From positions 1 to 28,966 of the forward strand of contig CAMTVD010000032.1 of assembly GCA_947085095.1 (NCBI GenBank): 28,966 nucleotides of DNA, in the 5' to 3' direction. Shown in pieces: positions 28,856-28,966 of the stretch. Every line of letters starts with the position of its first letter. Within the stretch, counting starts at the first letter, position 1. Under the pieces are notes generated by a model, which saw only the letters and a program-made list of their open reading frames with translations, made no database searches and was not told the origin of the DNA. The translations under genes were made by a program, and so were the position numbers. Source of the DNA: an uncultured Thermus sp. Its GTDB lineage: Bacteria; Deinococcota; Deinococci; Deinococcales; Thermaceae.

Positions 28856-28966
28856 CTCCACACCCCCCAGGGCCTTGAGGGCCTGAACCACCGCCTCCCT
28901 AAGCTCCTCAACCCCCCCGTAGTGCCGCCGAGGCATCAAAAACCCCTTCACCCGCCGCCACACACC
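28829..28966 (-). CDS. IS630-family transposase, C-terminal fragment (GVWRRVKGFLMPRRHYGGVEELREAVVQALKALGGVELKILGEGT*)
   Basis: The WRxxK...EELREAV pattern follows the DDE glutamate in IS630 transposases. The TAG stop contains the TA target dinucleotide. Confidence 0.75.
   Translation of the reverse strand, partial: GVWRRVKGFLMPRRHYGGVEELREAVVQALKALGGVELKILGEGT
28830..28966 (-). mobile_element. Right end of an IS630-family insertion sequence (ISTth6-like), truncated by the window edge
   Basis: The transposase C-terminus ends in a TA-containing stop, the typical IS630 arrangement. Confidence 0.72.

Overview
GC-rich bacterial chromosomal segment, almost certainly from a Thermus species: the proteins closely resemble Thermus UdgB, PolX, AmpT, Oah2, Mfd and the FadB/FadA/FadE enzymes, and many genes appear leaderless. 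Both ends are insertion sequences. At 1-139 an IS256-family end has cut off the N-terminus of a surface/secreted SdrD-B-like protein gene. At about 28830-28966 an IS630-family end sits in the TA of the -10 box upstream of mfd and supplies a TTGAAA -35. Core genes: udgB/polX, a stand-alone winged-HTH gene, aminopeptidase T, oah2, a USP, hslO, cysS, a FadR-controlled beta-oxidation operon (fadB-fadA-fadE) and mfd. Accessory-looking modules: (i) nifJ-type PFOR with a DHOD-like flavoprotein lacking the catalytic Cys; (ii) a Kef-type antiporter; (iii) a NitT/TauT ABC transporter with a Cys-bearing, Tat-like binding protein; (iv) an unannotated FadL-like (GMGG...NPA) outer-membrane barrel plus lipoprotein pair, divergent from the beta-oxidation operon through back-to-back TTGACA promoters. 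Module (iv) is the best candidate for an undescribed system (lipid/fatty-acid uptake). A 46-aa leaderless membrane ORF missing from the ORF track and an orphan Rex-like box between convergent genes were also found. All homology calls come from motif recognition and recall, not database searches.
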